Origin: Sphingomonas sp.
Lineage (GTDB): Bacteria; Pseudomonadota; Alphaproteobacteria; Sphingomonadales; Sphingomonadaceae
Assembly: GCF_035758555.1 (NCBI RefSeq)
Contig: NZ_DASTXI010000060.1
Location: 5,914-69,913, forward strand
Length of the DNA stretch: 64,000 bases
Direction: 5' to 3'
In this document: positions 18,771-28,100 of the stretch, in pieces
How the letters are laid out: the number at the start of each line of letters is the position of its first letter
Numbering within the stretch: position 1 is the first letter of the stretch
The notes under the pieces: generated by a model
Told to the model about the DNA's origin: nothing
Databases searched by the model: none
What the model saw: the letters and a program-made list of their open reading frames with translations, nothing else
Translations under genes and position numbers: made by a program

Positions 18771-19847
18771 TTGAGCCAGCGTCTCTATCTCGACCATGCC
18801 GCCACCACGCCGATGGTGCTTGCCGCGCGCGAGGCGATGCGCGCCGCGATCGCGCGCTGGGCCAATCCGTCGTCGCCCCATGCCGAGGGCCGCGCCGCCC
18901 GCGCGATGCTGGAGGACGCACGCAGCCGCATCGCCAAGGCGCTCGGCTGGGACGGCGAGGTGATCCTGACCGGGGGCGCCACCGAAGCGATCCGCATCGC
19001 GCTGGTCCGCACCAAGTGCGACGCCCGCATCGTCTCCGCCGTCGAGCACGAGGCGGTGCACCGGGTAGCGAGCGACGCCTTCTTCCTCCCGGTGCAGCAG
19101 GACGGCACGGTCTTGCCCGATGCGCTGACCGGCCGGCTGGGTGCGCTTGGGGCGAAAGCGCCTTTGGTCGCGATCCAGGCGGTCAACAATGAAATCGGCG
19201 TCTGCCAGCCGGTCGACCAGCTCGCCCCGATCGTGCGCAAGGCGGGCGGGCTGCTGTTCGCCGACTGCGCCCAGAGCGCCGGCAAGGCGGCCTTGCCGGA
19301 CGCCGACCTGATCGCGATTTCCGCGCACAAATTCGGCGGTCCGCCCGGGGTCGGCGCGCTGCTTGTCCGCGATCTCGGCATGCTGGAAACGAGCGGCGGG
19401 CAGGAGAAAGGCTATCGCGCCGGCACCGAGAACCTGCCGGGCGTCGTCGCGATGGCTGCCGCGCTGGAGGAGGGCCGCGGCTGGGTCGACCGCGCCGCCG
19501 ACCTGCGCGCGCATCTGGACGGCGCGATCGAGGCGGCGGGCGGCGAGGTCGTCGCAAAGCGCTCGCCGCGGCTGGCGACGATCGGCGCCTATCGGATGCC
19601 CGGCGTCGCCGCTTCGGCGCAGCTGATCCAGCTGGACCTCGCCGGGATCGCGATTTCGGCCGGCAGCGCCTGCTCGTCGGGCACGCTGAAGTCGAGCCAT
19701 GTGCTCTCCGCGATGGGCTGGGGCGAAGCGGAGGCGGGGCAAGTGATCCGCGCCAGCTTCGGCCCCGAAACCAGCCGCGCCGACATCTACCGCTTCGTCG
19801 AGGCCTGGAAGCGGATCGCGGAGAGCGCGCGCAGCCGCGCAGCGTGA
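18771..19847 (+). CDS. Cysteine desulfurase family (NifS/IscS-like)
   Basis: YLDHAATTP, NPSS, SAHKFGGP, SAGSACSSG. Confidence 0.9.
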   Translation: MSQRLYLDHAATTPMVLAAREAMRAAIARWANPSSPHAEGRAARAMLEDARSRIAKALGWDGEVILTGGATEAIRIALVRTKCDARIVSAVEHEAVHRVASDAFFLPVQQDGTVLPDALTGRLGALGAKAPLVAIQAVNNEIGVCQPVDQLAPIVRKAGGLLFADCAQSAGKAALPDADLIAISAHKFGGPPGVGALLVRDLGMLETSGGQEKGYRAGTENLPGVVAMAAALEEGRGWVDRAADLRAHLDGAIEAAGGEVVAKRSPRLATIGAYRMPGVAASAQLIQLDLAGIAISAGSACSSGTLKSSHVLSAMGWGEAEAGQVIRASFGPETSRADIYRFVEAWKRIAESARSRAA

Positions 19848-21040
19848 TGCAACCGATCTACCTCGACTATCAGGCGACCACTCCGCTCGCCTCGGAAGCA
19901 CAGGCGGCGATGGAGCCATGGCTGGGCCAAAAGTTCGGGAATCCCCATTCGCCGCACCGGATGGGCCGCGAGGCCAAGGCGGGGGTGGAGTTTGCAAGGG
20001 AACAGGTGGCATCCCTCATCCGCTCGTCCCGAGCGAAGTCGAGGGGCGATAGCCCGTCCTGGGAGAAGCGCCCCTCGACTGAGTTCGGGACGAGCGAGGC
20101 TGGGCACGGGCAGGTGGTGTTCACCTCCGGCGCGACTGAAGCCGCCAACCTTGCCCTGAAAGGCGCTGCATGGGCAGCTCCACCGAACCGGCGCAAGATC
20201 GTCACGCTCGCGATCGAACACGCCTGTGTGCTCGATACGGTGCTCTGGCTCGGCAGCCATGGCTTCGAGGCCGTGGTGCTCCCGGTCGGCCATGACGGGA
20301 TCGTCGACCTGGACACTGTAAGGGAAGCGGTGGACGACCGCACTGCAATCGTCGCGGCGATGCTGGTCAACAACGAGATCGGCGTGATCCAGCCGGTCGC
20401 CGAGATCGGCCGCATCGCGCGCGAGGCCGGCGCGCTGTTTTTCTGCGATGCGGTGCAGGGACTGGGCCGCGTGCCGCTGCCCGACGCCGACCTGATCGCC
20501 GTTTCGGCCCACAAATTATTCGGTCCCAAAGGCGTCGGCGCCCTCTGGCTTCGCGGCGGCGTTGCGTTGGAGCCGTTGATGCACGGCGGCGCGCAAGAAG
20601 CAGGCATTCGGTCGGGCACGCTAAGCCCTGCGCTCTGTACCGGCTTCGGCGCCGCCGCCGCATTGGCAGCGGTCCGCTCGGCAGAGGATACCGCGCATGT
20701 CGAACGGCTCTGGTCGCTGGCGGTGGCCAGGCTGCGTGGCTGGACGATCAACGGTTCGACGGAGCGGCGGTACCGCGGCAACCTGAACGTTCGCGCCGAC
20801 GGGCTCGATGCGGCGCGGCTGATCTCCGACGTGCGCGGCGTCGCTTTCTCGGCGGGCTCGGCCTGCGCGAGCGGCTCCGGGCGCCCGAGCCATGTGCTGA
20901 AGGCGATCGGCTTGTCCGATGCCGAGGCGCGGTCGAGCATCCGGCTCGGCTTCGGCCGCTACACATCCGAGGAGGAACTGGAGCGCGCGCTCGACCTGAT
21001 CCTTGCTGCCGCCGCCGCGCAGGGGCTGAAGGCCGCGTGA
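19847..21040 (+). CDS. iscS: Cysteine desulfurase (IscS-like) with an in-frame palindromic repeat insertion
   Basis: YLDYQATTP, FGNPHS, FTSGATE, SAHKLFGPKG, SAGSACASG; extra segment RSSRAKSRGDSPSWEKRPSTEFGTSE. Confidence 0.85.
   Translation: MQPIYLDYQATTPLASEAQAAMEPWLGQKFGNPHSPHRMGREAKAGVEFAREQVASLIRSSRAKSRGDSPSWEKRPSTEFGTSEAGHGQVVFTSGATEAANLALKGAAWAAPPNRRKIVTLAIEHACVLDTVLWLGSHGFEAVVLPVGHDGIVDLDTVREAVDDRTAIVAAMLVNNEIGVIQPVAEIGRIAREAGALFFCDAVQGLGRVPLPDADLIAVSAHKLFGPKGVGALWLRGGVALEPLMHGGAQEAGIRSGTLSPALCTGFGAAAALAAVRSAEDTAHVERLWSLAVARLRGWTINGSTERRYRGNLNVRADGLDAARLISDVRGVAFSAGSACASGSGRPSHVLKAIGLSDAEARSSIRLGFGRYTSEEELERALDLILAAAAAQGLKAA
20021..20096. repeat. Palindromic repeat (family B) inside the iscS-like CDS
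   Basis: CGCTCGTCCCGAGC-GA-AGTCGAGGGGCG...CGCCCCTCGACT-GA-GTTCGGGACGAGCG; first 28 nt identical to the copy at 50952. Confidence 0.9.
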
Positions 21041-21372
21041 CGCGCGTCCGCTTCATCAGCGCGGACGGCGCGACCGTCCGGGAGGTCGAGGCGGCGCCCG
21101 GCGAGCGGCTGCTCGACGTCGCGCAGGCCGAAGGCCAGCCGCTCGAAGGCACATGCGAAGGTCAGATGGCCTGCTCGACCTGCCACGTGATCGTCGACGC
21201 CGCCGATTTCGCGAAGCTGCCGCCCGCGTCCGAGCCGGAAGAGGACATGCTGGACCTCGCTGCCGGCGCGACGCGTCACAGCCGCCTCGCCTGTCAGATC
21301 TACCTGAGCGAAGCGCTCGATGCCCTCACTGTCCGCATCCCGCCCGAGGTACGCAACATGCAGGGCCGCTAG
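21037..21372 (+). CDS. fdx: 2Fe-2S ferredoxin (adrenodoxin/ISC type)
   Basis: CEGQMACSTCH and SRLACQ; EEDMLDLA. Confidence 0.9.
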   Translation: MTRVRFISADGATVREVEAAPGERLLDVAQAEGQPLEGTCEGQMACSTCHVIVDAADFAKLPPASEPEEDMLDLAAGATRHSRLACQIYLSEALDALTVRIPPEVRNMQGR

Positions 21373-21421
21373 GGCGCACAAACCGTTTACCGCGGCGCGA
21401 AAATCGCGCTAGGTGAGGGAC

Positions 21422-23672
21422 ATGCAAGGGGCAGAGGGCGAAAAGGCGGCCGACGCGGATCTCCGCCTGAACGCCATTCTCGACAGCATCGCCGACGGTT
21501 ATTGCATCGTCGACGGCACATGGCGCATCCGTAGCTTCAATCGCGCGGCGGAAGCATTCTTCGGCCGCGGCCGCGCCGAGATGCTGGGGCGCAGCTTCTG
21601 GGAAGCCATTCCCACCGTCGCCGGCACGATGTTCGAGACCAATTTCCGCCGGGCCGCGGCAGGGGAAGCGGTGCATTTCGAGGCGGAATCGACCGCCTTT
21701 CCGGGCCGGGAGGTGGCGCTCACGGTCTCCCCGTTGCCGGGCGGCGGCATCGCGATCGTGTTCAACGACATCACCGCGCAGCGGCGCGCCGAGCGGACGG
21801 TTCGCGAGAGCGAGGCGCGCTTCCGCCTGATCGCCGATTCCGCGCCGGTACCGATGTGGGTCACGTCCCTCGACCGCAAGCGCTGGTTCGTGAACCGCGC
21901 CTATGCCGAGTTCCTGGGCGTCAGCTATGAAGACGCGCTGACGCTCGACTGGCGCAGCATCATCCATCCCGACGATATCGGCCGCATCCTGAAAGAGCAG
22001 GTGGAGAAGGAAGCCTCGCTGCAGCCTTTCGCGCTGGAGGCGCGGTACCGCACGACGGACGGCGGCTGGTGCTGGCTCCGTTCCTATTCGCAGCCGCGTT
22101 GGGGGCCGGACGGCGAGCATGTCGGCTTTATCGGCGTCGCCTTCGACATCACCATCGCGAAGGAAGCCGAGCTGGCGCTGCAGCAGCAGGTGGCGGAGCG
22201 CACCGCCGAGCTGGAAGCGCTCTACACCAAGACGCCGACCATCCTGCAGTCGCAGAACGCCGAAGGGCGGCTCGTCAGCGTGTCCGACCGCTGGCTGGAA
22301 TTCATGGGTTTCGACAGCCGCGACGAAGTGATCGGCCGATCGTCGCTCGATTTCGCCGCGCCGGGCAGCCGGGAGCAATATTTTGAGCATGACTGGCCGG
22401 CGCTGATGGCCGGCCGAGAAATCAAGGAATCCGAATACCGCGTCGTCAGGAAGAGTGGCGAGGTGGCGGACGTGCTCGTCTCGTCCCGTCCGTGGCATGA
22501 CAGCCAGGGCCGCTTCGTCCGCACGATGACTGCCATCATCGACGTGACTGCCCGCAAGCGCACCGAGGAAGCGCTGCGCCAGGCCCAGAAGGTCGAGGCG
22601 ATGGGCCAGCTGACCGGCGGCGTCGCGCACGATTTCAACAATCTGCTGTCGCCGATCATCGGCGGGCTGGACCTGATGCAGCGGCGCGGCATCGCCGACC
22701 CGCGCGCCCAGCAGACGGTCGCCTCCGCCCTGCAGGCGGCGGAGCGGGCGAAGACGCTGGTCCAGCGGCTGCTCGCCTTCGCGCGCCGCCAGCCGCTGCA
22801 GCCGGCGCCGGTCGATGCCGGGCGGCTGATCGAAGGCATGGCCGAACTGATCGGCTCGACCGTCGGGCCGCGCATCCGGCTGGAACTGGACGTACCGCAC
22901 GATCTGCCGCCCTGCCTGGCCGATCCGAACCAGGTCGAGATGGCGCTGCTGAACCTGAGCGTGAACGCGCGCGACGCGATGCCCGATGGCGGCACGCTCA
23001 CCATCGCCGCGAGCGTCGAGCAGGTGAGCGATGGCGCGCAGGATCTCGCGGCGGGCAGCTATGTCCGCCTGTCCGTCGCCGACACCGGCTGCGGGATGGA
23101 TGAAGGCGTGGCGGCGCGCGCGATCGAGCCCTTCTTTTCGACCAAGGGCATCGGCCGCGGCACCGGGCTTGGACTGTCGATGGTCCATGGCCTCGCCGCA
23201 CAGCTGGGCGGCGCGCTGCGGCTGGAGAGCACGCTTGGCGAAGGCAAATGTCCAGCTCTGGCTCCCCTGCGCGGCCGGGCGGCCCGAAGCCGGAGCGGAA
23301 GGGCAGGCGCCGCGCACCATCGCCGGTGCAGGCACTGCGCTGCTGGTCGACGACGAACCGCTGGTCCGCGCCTCGACTGCCGAGATGCTGGAGGATCTCG
23401 GTTTCTCCGTGATCGCGCTGGAATCGGCCGACGAGGCTGCCGCGCGGCTGGCCGGCGGACTCACCGTCGACCTCGTCGTCACCGATCACCTGATGCCCGG
23501 CATGACCGGCGCCCAACTCGCCAGAACCGTTCGTGCGACCGGAGCAGGAACGCCGGTGCTGATCATTTCGGGCTATGCCGACGCCGGCGGCATCGACGCC
23601 GACCTGCCCCGCCTCGCCAAACCCTTCCGCCACGCCGACCTCGCCGCCGTGCTGACCAACCTGATCGGCTAG
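21422..23672 (+). pseudogene. PAS-domain hybrid histidine kinase with a frameshift near 23245-23248 (pseudogene or sequence error)
   Basis: Frame 1 has three PAS domains, [31 protein letters not shown] up to LGEG; NVQLWLP and the receiver domain (LLVDDE, TDHLMP, KPF) continue in another frame. Confidence 0.85.
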
Positions 23673-24031
23673 CGGTTCCTGGGTCGCTGTCGCCGGACTC
23701 GGTCCGGCGCATCGGTGCGGAAATCCTCGAACGAGAAGATCGCCGAGCCGCTGTCGCCGAGCGGGACCAGTGCGGTGCCGAAAATGCCCCTCGTGCCGCC
23801 CGTGCCGATCACGCCGCCGATCTCTCCGTGGATGCCGGGGCTCGGCTTGCCCAGCGCGGCGTCGAATTCGGCCTCCTTCGCGCGGCGTTCGTTTTCGGCC
23901 AGGATGCGTTCCTTTTCCTCCGGCGAGAGGCGGCGGACGTCCGACTGACCGAAGCTCTCCGCGGTCTGCGCCGCCGCGGCCGAGGCGAGGCCGATGGCGA
24001 CCAGGGCGAACGCGGAAAGGAAGCGCAGCAT
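23669..24031 (-). CDS. Hypothetical exported protein
   Basis: Signal peptide MLRFLSAFALVAIGLASAAAA; IHGEIGGVIGTGG. Confidence 0.65.
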   Translation of the reverse strand: MLRFLSAFALVAIGLASAAAAQTAESFGQSDVRRLSPEEKERILAENERRAKEAEFDAALGKPSPGIHGEIGGVIGTGGTRGIFGTALVPLGDSGSAIFSFEDFRTDAPDRVRRQRPRNR

Positions 24032-24124
24032 CGGAGAAGGCCTGTGCGTCCTGCGATGAAGGGCAGATGAACGAGGCGCGGACCCGTTGTCGCGCCTGCC
24101 GCACTGGGCTAGGCGACACTGGCG

Positions 24125-24859
24125 ATGCGTTCCGCGTATGCCTTGCCGTCGGATCCGGATCGCTCCTTCTATCGACGACGCGCTCCCGCACTCGCGCTGA
24201 CGCTCCTCGTCCATTTGCTCCTGCTGCTGATGCTGCTGAAGCTGTCGCCGCCGGACTGGGTGCGCCGCAAGCAGGACCTTGGCCCCATCACGTTCCAGCT
24301 TTCGCCGCCCGCTCCCAAGGCGGAGCAGCACAAACGAACGGCAGGGAAGGTCAAGCGAGCCAGCAAGGCGCCGCCGTCAGCGCCTAAGAAGCCGCCGCCG
24401 CTGCCGGTCCCCGCCATGCCGTTCCTGATCCCCGGCCTCGAGCATTTCGACCTGCGCCAGGTCCGGTCCAGCGCCACCGAGAGTGCCGCGGCCGATCAGC
24501 AGCAGGACAGCGCTGCCGCCTATGGGCCCGGCGAAGGCCCCGGCGGCGCGCGGCTCTATTATGCCGAATGGTATCGCGAGCCGACGTCGGCCGAGCTCTC
24601 TTATTATCTGCCGCCGGGCCGCGTGGTCGGCTGGGGGATGATCGCGTGCCAGACGGTCGAGCGCTATCATGTCGATAATTGCCGAACGCTGGGCGACTCG
24701 CCGCCGGGATCGGGGCTGGCGCGGGCGATCCGCCAGGCGGCGTGGCAGTTCCTCGTCCGCCCGCCTCGGATCGACGGCAAGCCGGTGATCGGCGCCTGGG
24801 TGCGGATCCGCATCGAGTTCACCGAAAATGGCGGGATCAGCAGCGCCTCGCAGCATTGA
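24125..24859 (+). CDS. Membrane-anchored protein with TonB-like architecture
   Basis: N-terminal TM with His (LVHLLLL), Pro/Lys-rich linker, C-terminal GKPVIGAWVRIRIEF. Confidence 0.6.
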   Translation: MRSAYALPSDPDRSFYRRRAPALALTLLVHLLLLLMLLKLSPPDWVRRKQDLGPITFQLSPPAPKAEQHKRTAGKVKRASKAPPSAPKKPPPLPVPAMPFLIPGLEHFDLRQVRSSATESAAADQQQDSAAAYGPGEGPGGARLYYAEWYREPTSAELSYYLPPGRVVGWGMIACQTVERYHVDNCRTLGDSPPGSGLARAIRQAAWQFLVRPPRIDGKPVIGAWVRIRIEFTENGGISSASQH

Positions 24860-24868
24860 TCGTTCGCG

Positions 24869-25525
24869 TCAGGCCTTCGGCCGCGGTTTCAGTCCGGTCG
24901 AGGCGATGTGCCATGCGCGCTGCTCGGCGGTGCAGCCGGGGACGTCGTTGCAGCGCCTGAGCGTCACCGGGCCTTTGAGCCGGAACGGATCGCCCGACTC
25001 CAGCCGGCCATAGGCGACCACGGGTACCTCGACATAGAGCGAGCCGGCGGCGCCCTCGATGCGGCCGGGCGCGCCGATCTCCGCATGATATTCGGCATAT
25101 TTGTCGAAGCTGCGGGCAAAGGCGCGCGCGTTCATGCCGCTGGACCGCCCGCCGTCGGACCAAAGCGCCCAGGCGCGGCGGTAGCGGCCCTGCTCGATCA
25201 GCGCGTAATAATGCTGCACGACCTGGGCGGCGCCCTGCGCGCTGGTCTTTCCGATCGGCCCTTCGGGGATCGGCGTGCGATCGTCGGGCAGCCCGTCAGG
25301 TGTGCCGGGCGCCGGCGGCTCGACCGGAGGGGGCGTCGGGGCAGGGATCGGTGTCGTAGTCGGGATCGGTGTCGGAATGGGCGTGGGACGAGCCGTCGCC
25401 GATATGCTGGGCATCGGCGTCGGCGTCGGCGTGGTGGCGGAGGGTGTGGCGTCGTTCCGGTTCGACGGAGCGGGCGCGCTGCAGGCGGCGACCGCGGCGA
25501 GAAGCACAGGGGCAGCGTATTTCAT
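24869..25525 (-). CDS. Putative lipoprotein with Pro/Thr-rich linker
   Basis: Lipobox VAAC; PT repeats; C-terminal domain EGAAGSLYVEVP with two Cys. Confidence 0.7.
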   Translation of the reverse strand: MKYAAPVLLAAVAACSAPAPSNRNDATPSATTPTPTPMPSISATARPTPIPTPIPTTTPIPAPTPPPVEPPAPGTPDGLPDDRTPIPEGPIGKTSAQGAAQVVQHYYALIEQGRYRRAWALWSDGGRSSGMNARAFARSFDKYAEYHAEIGAPGRIEGAAGSLYVEVPVVAYGRLESGDPFRLKGPVTLRRCNDVPGCTAEQRAWHIASTGLKPRPKA

Positions 25526-25603
25526 GGCCTTCCAACTCGCTCTGTCCGCTCCGGCTCCCGCACACGTTGACTTCCCCCGCCGAAAGGCCATGTTGGCTGG
25601 GAG

Positions 25604-25693
25604 ATGACGAGCGCTTTTTGCCTTTCACGCAACGAGTTGCATCCCGGGAGCAGCACGGCACGCCCCTCCGCCCCGGACCGCGCGGCCGGCTGA
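25604..25693 (+). CDS. Putative 29-aa leader peptide MTSAFCLSRNELHPGSSTARPSAPDRAAG
   Basis: ATG just after a TTGACT-N16-CATGTT promoter-like sequence; stop codon lies in a hairpin loop. Confidence 0.35.
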   Translation: MTSAFCLSRNELHPGSSTARPSAPDRAAG

Positions 25694-25838
25694 GCCGGAC
25701 GCGGGCCGGGGGTTATCGCCGGGCGGGCCGAGGCTCGCCCTGATCGCGGCCGCTGCGGCCGCTCTTTCCGACGCCGATGGCATGCGCGCCCAGACGCTGC
25801 AGCCGCTTCGCGCGCGGGAAGCTGGTGATGGAGGCACT

Positions 25839-26063
25839 ATGTCCGATCGTTTCCTCGTCGAGTTCGAGCGCCGGCCCGCAGGCGTCGCGGTGCGCGTTCC
25901 CGGCGGCTTCCGCTTTTTCGCATCCGACCCGGATTTCGGCACGCTGGAAGGCAACGTCTTCCCGCGCGTCCGCAGCCTGATGGCCCAGGTCACGCGGCGG
26001 GGCAGGGCCGTGCGGCGTCGGCGTGCGCCGGCCGCCCGCGGCTTGCGCCCGCGACCGTGCTGA
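25839..26063 (+). CDS. Small hypothetical protein (74 aa)
   Basis: SD GGAGG; MSDRFLVEF...AGVAVRVPGGFRFFAS. Confidence 0.65.
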   Translation: MSDRFLVEFERRPAGVAVRVPGGFRFFASDPDFGTLEGNVFPRVRSLMAQVTRRGRAVRRRRAPAARGLRPRPC

Positions 26064-26079
26064 GCCGGAGGGATGCGGG

Positions 26080-26520
26080 ATGCTGGAAAGTCTTTCGCTG
26101 GCCGCGCACGGCCAGGCCGAGCTTTGGGCCGCATTGCACAAGGAGGCGCCGTTCCGCCTCGCCGAATGCGAACGGCACTGCCTGATCGCGCTCGCCCTTT
26201 CGGCCGACGATGATGTTGCCGCTCACCTGCTGCTGAAGAAGGTGAAGCTGGCGCGGATCTCCGACCGGTCGGAGCTGCCTCGCGATGTGGTGCGGCTGAG
26301 CAGCCGGGTCACCTATCGCCATGGCGGAGAAGCGGCTGCCCAGGTCCGGCTGTGCCACCCGTCCTCGATCGACTGCGAAGGGGTCGACGTCGCCAGTCTG
26401 CTCGGCGCCGGGCTGGTCGGGCTCGAGTCCGGGCAGTCGGTGCTTTGGCCTGGCGCGGATGGACGTTTGGCCACGCTCGAGGTGCTGGCGGTGGAGAATG
26501 GAGATTCCGATGGCAGATAA
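26080..26520 (+). CDS. Rnk/GreA-GreB C-terminal domain protein
   Basis: DVVRLSSRVTY, VASLLGAGLVGLESGQSVLWP, LEVLAVE; short N-terminus as in Rnk. Confidence 0.75.
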   Translation: MLESLSLAAHGQAELWAALHKEAPFRLAECERHCLIALALSADDDVAAHLLLKKVKLARISDRSELPRDVVRLSSRVTYRHGGEAAAQVRLCHPSSIDCEGVDVASLLGAGLVGLESGQSVLWPGADGRLATLEVLAVENGDSDGR

Positions 26521-26629
26521 TGAGCACTCGCCGCCTGTCGAGCCGCGGCGGACGGCACGCGTGATTCCGTTCCGGCGAGCGCCGGCGCGGCGGCCCGAGG
26601 AGGAACCGGAGCCGCCCAGCGCGGCCTGA
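26510..26629 (+). CDS. Putative 39-aa peptide
   Basis: GGAG SD, overlaps upstream stop; contains RVIPFRR and ends PPSAA. Confidence 0.4.
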   Translation: MADNEHSPPVEPRRTARVIPFRRAPARRPEEEPEPPSAA

Positions 26630-26632
26630 CGA

Positions 26633-28006
26633 TCAGGCCGCGGCTTTGCGCCGCTCCGCGAGCTCCTGGTTCAGCATTTCGGCGAGCAGGAAGGCGAGCT
26701 CCAGGCTCTGCGCCGCGTTGAGGCGCGGATCGCAATGCGTGTGGTAGCGGTCGGCCAGGCTCTGCTCCGTCACAGCGACCGCGCCGCCCGTGCATTCGGT
26801 GACGTTCTGGCCGGTCATCTCGCAATGGATGCCGCCGCCGAAACTGCCTTCGGCGCGGTGCACGGCGAAGAAGCCGCGGACTTCGGCCAGGATGCGCTCG
26901 AACGGTCGCGTCTTGTAGCCGTTTGCGGCCTTGACGACGTTGCCGTGCATCGGGTCGCAGCTCCACACGACCGGATGGCCTTCCCGGCGGACGGCGCGGA
27001 CCAAGGGCGGCAGCCCGGCCTCGATCCGGTCATAGCCATAGCGGGTGATCAGCGTGATCCGGCCCGCCTCGCGTGCCGGATTGAGCGCATCCAGCAGGCG
27101 GATCAGCGTGTCAGGCTCCAGGCTCGGGCCGCATTTGATGCCGATCGGGTTGCCGATGCCGCGCATGAACTCGACATGCGCCGAGCCTTCGAAACGCGTT
27201 CGGTCGCCGATCCAGAGGAAGTGCGCGCTGGTGTCGTACCAGTCGCCGGTCAAGGAATCCTGCCGGGTCAGCGCCTGCTCATAGGGAAGCAGCAGCGCTT
27301 CGTGACTGGTGTAGAAGGTCGTGCCCTTCAGCTGCGGCACCGTTTCGGGATTGATCCCGCACGCCGCCATGAAATCGAGCGCCTCGCCGATCCGGTCAGC
27401 CAGGTCCGTATACTTCTTGGTCCAGGGGCTGCGGCCCATGAAATCATGGGTCCAGCGATGGACCTGGTGCAGGTTCGCATAGCCGCCCTGCGCAAAGGCG
27501 CGGAGCAGGTTCAGCGTTGCCGCCGACTGGCTGTAGGCTTTGACCATCCGCTGCGGATCGGGCGTGCGGCTTTCGGCCGTGAAGGCGATGTCGTTGACGT
27601 TGTCGCCGCGATAGCTGGGCAGCGAGACGCCGTCCTGTTCCTCCATGTCGGCCGACCGTGGCTTGGCGAATTGGCCCGCCATCCGGCCGACCTTCACCAC
27701 CGGCAGCTTCGACGCGAAGGTGAGGACTACCGCCATCTGCAGGATCACGCGGAACGTGTCGCGGATATTGTTCGGGTGGAACTCGGCGAAACTCTCCGCG
27801 CAGTCGCCGCCCTGAAGCAGGAAGGCCTTGCCTTCCGCGACCTCGGCGAGGTCGCGCTTCAGCTCGCGCGCTTCGCCGGCAAAGACGAGCGGGGGATAGT
27901 GACGCAGCTCGGCCTCCGCGGCGGCCAATGCCGCGGCGTCGGGATAATTCGGGAGCTGGCGAGCCTCGTGCGCGCGCCAGCCGTCGGGAGTCCATTTCCG
28001 GGCCAT
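26633..28006 (-). CDS. 3-deoxy-7-phosphoheptulonate (DAHP) synthase, class II
   Basis: [44 protein letters not shown]. Confidence 0.95.
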   Translation of the reverse strand: MARKWTPDGWRAHEARQLPNYPDAAALAAAEAELRHYPPLVFAGEARELKRDLAEVAEGKAFLLQGGDCAESFAEFHPNNIRDTFRVILQMAVVLTFASKLPVVKVGRMAGQFAKPRSADMEEQDGVSLPSYRGDNVNDIAFTAESRTPDPQRMVKAYSQSAATLNLLRAFAQGGYANLHQVHRWTHDFMGRSPWTKKYTDLADRIGEALDFMAACGINPETVPQLKGTTFYTSHEALLLPYEQALTRQDSLTGDWYDTSAHFLWIGDRTRFEGSAHVEFMRGIGNPIGIKCGPSLEPDTLIRLLDALNPAREAGRITLITRYGYDRIEAGLPPLVRAVRREGHPVVWSCDPMHGNVVKAANGYKTRPFERILAEVRGFFAVHRAEGSFGGGIHCEMTGQNVTECTGGAVAVTEQSLADRYHTHCDPRLNAAQSLELAFLLAEMLNQELAERRKAAA

Positions 28007-28072
28007 GATCCTTTCGCAATTGCGGAAAGGGGCCGGCGATGCAAGCGAAGTCCGTCTTTGCGGCAGTATACC

Positions 28073-28096
28073 TCCCCTCCCTAGAAGGGAGGGGAA
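28073..28096 (-). terminator. Hairpin after the DUF885 gene, related to repeat family C
   Basis: TCCCCTCCC-TAGAA-GGGAGGGGA. Confidence 0.45.
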
Positions 28097-28100
28097 GTTA

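Noticed and set aside
18771-21372. Tandem cysteine desulfurases as a novel system
   Set aside because: An alpha/beta hydrolase with paired desulfurases and ferredoxin is a familiar alphaproteobacterial arrangement; only the repeat insertion is unusual
21413-24070. 885-aa kinase ORF taken as a full-length protein
   Set aside because: Sequence after LGEG is out-of-frame nonsense; the receiver domain is in another frame
25330-25440. Short tandem repeats (TCGGCG/TCGGGA-like)
   Set aside because: They encode the Pro-Thr linker of a lipoprotein; not a CRISPR array or regulatory repeat
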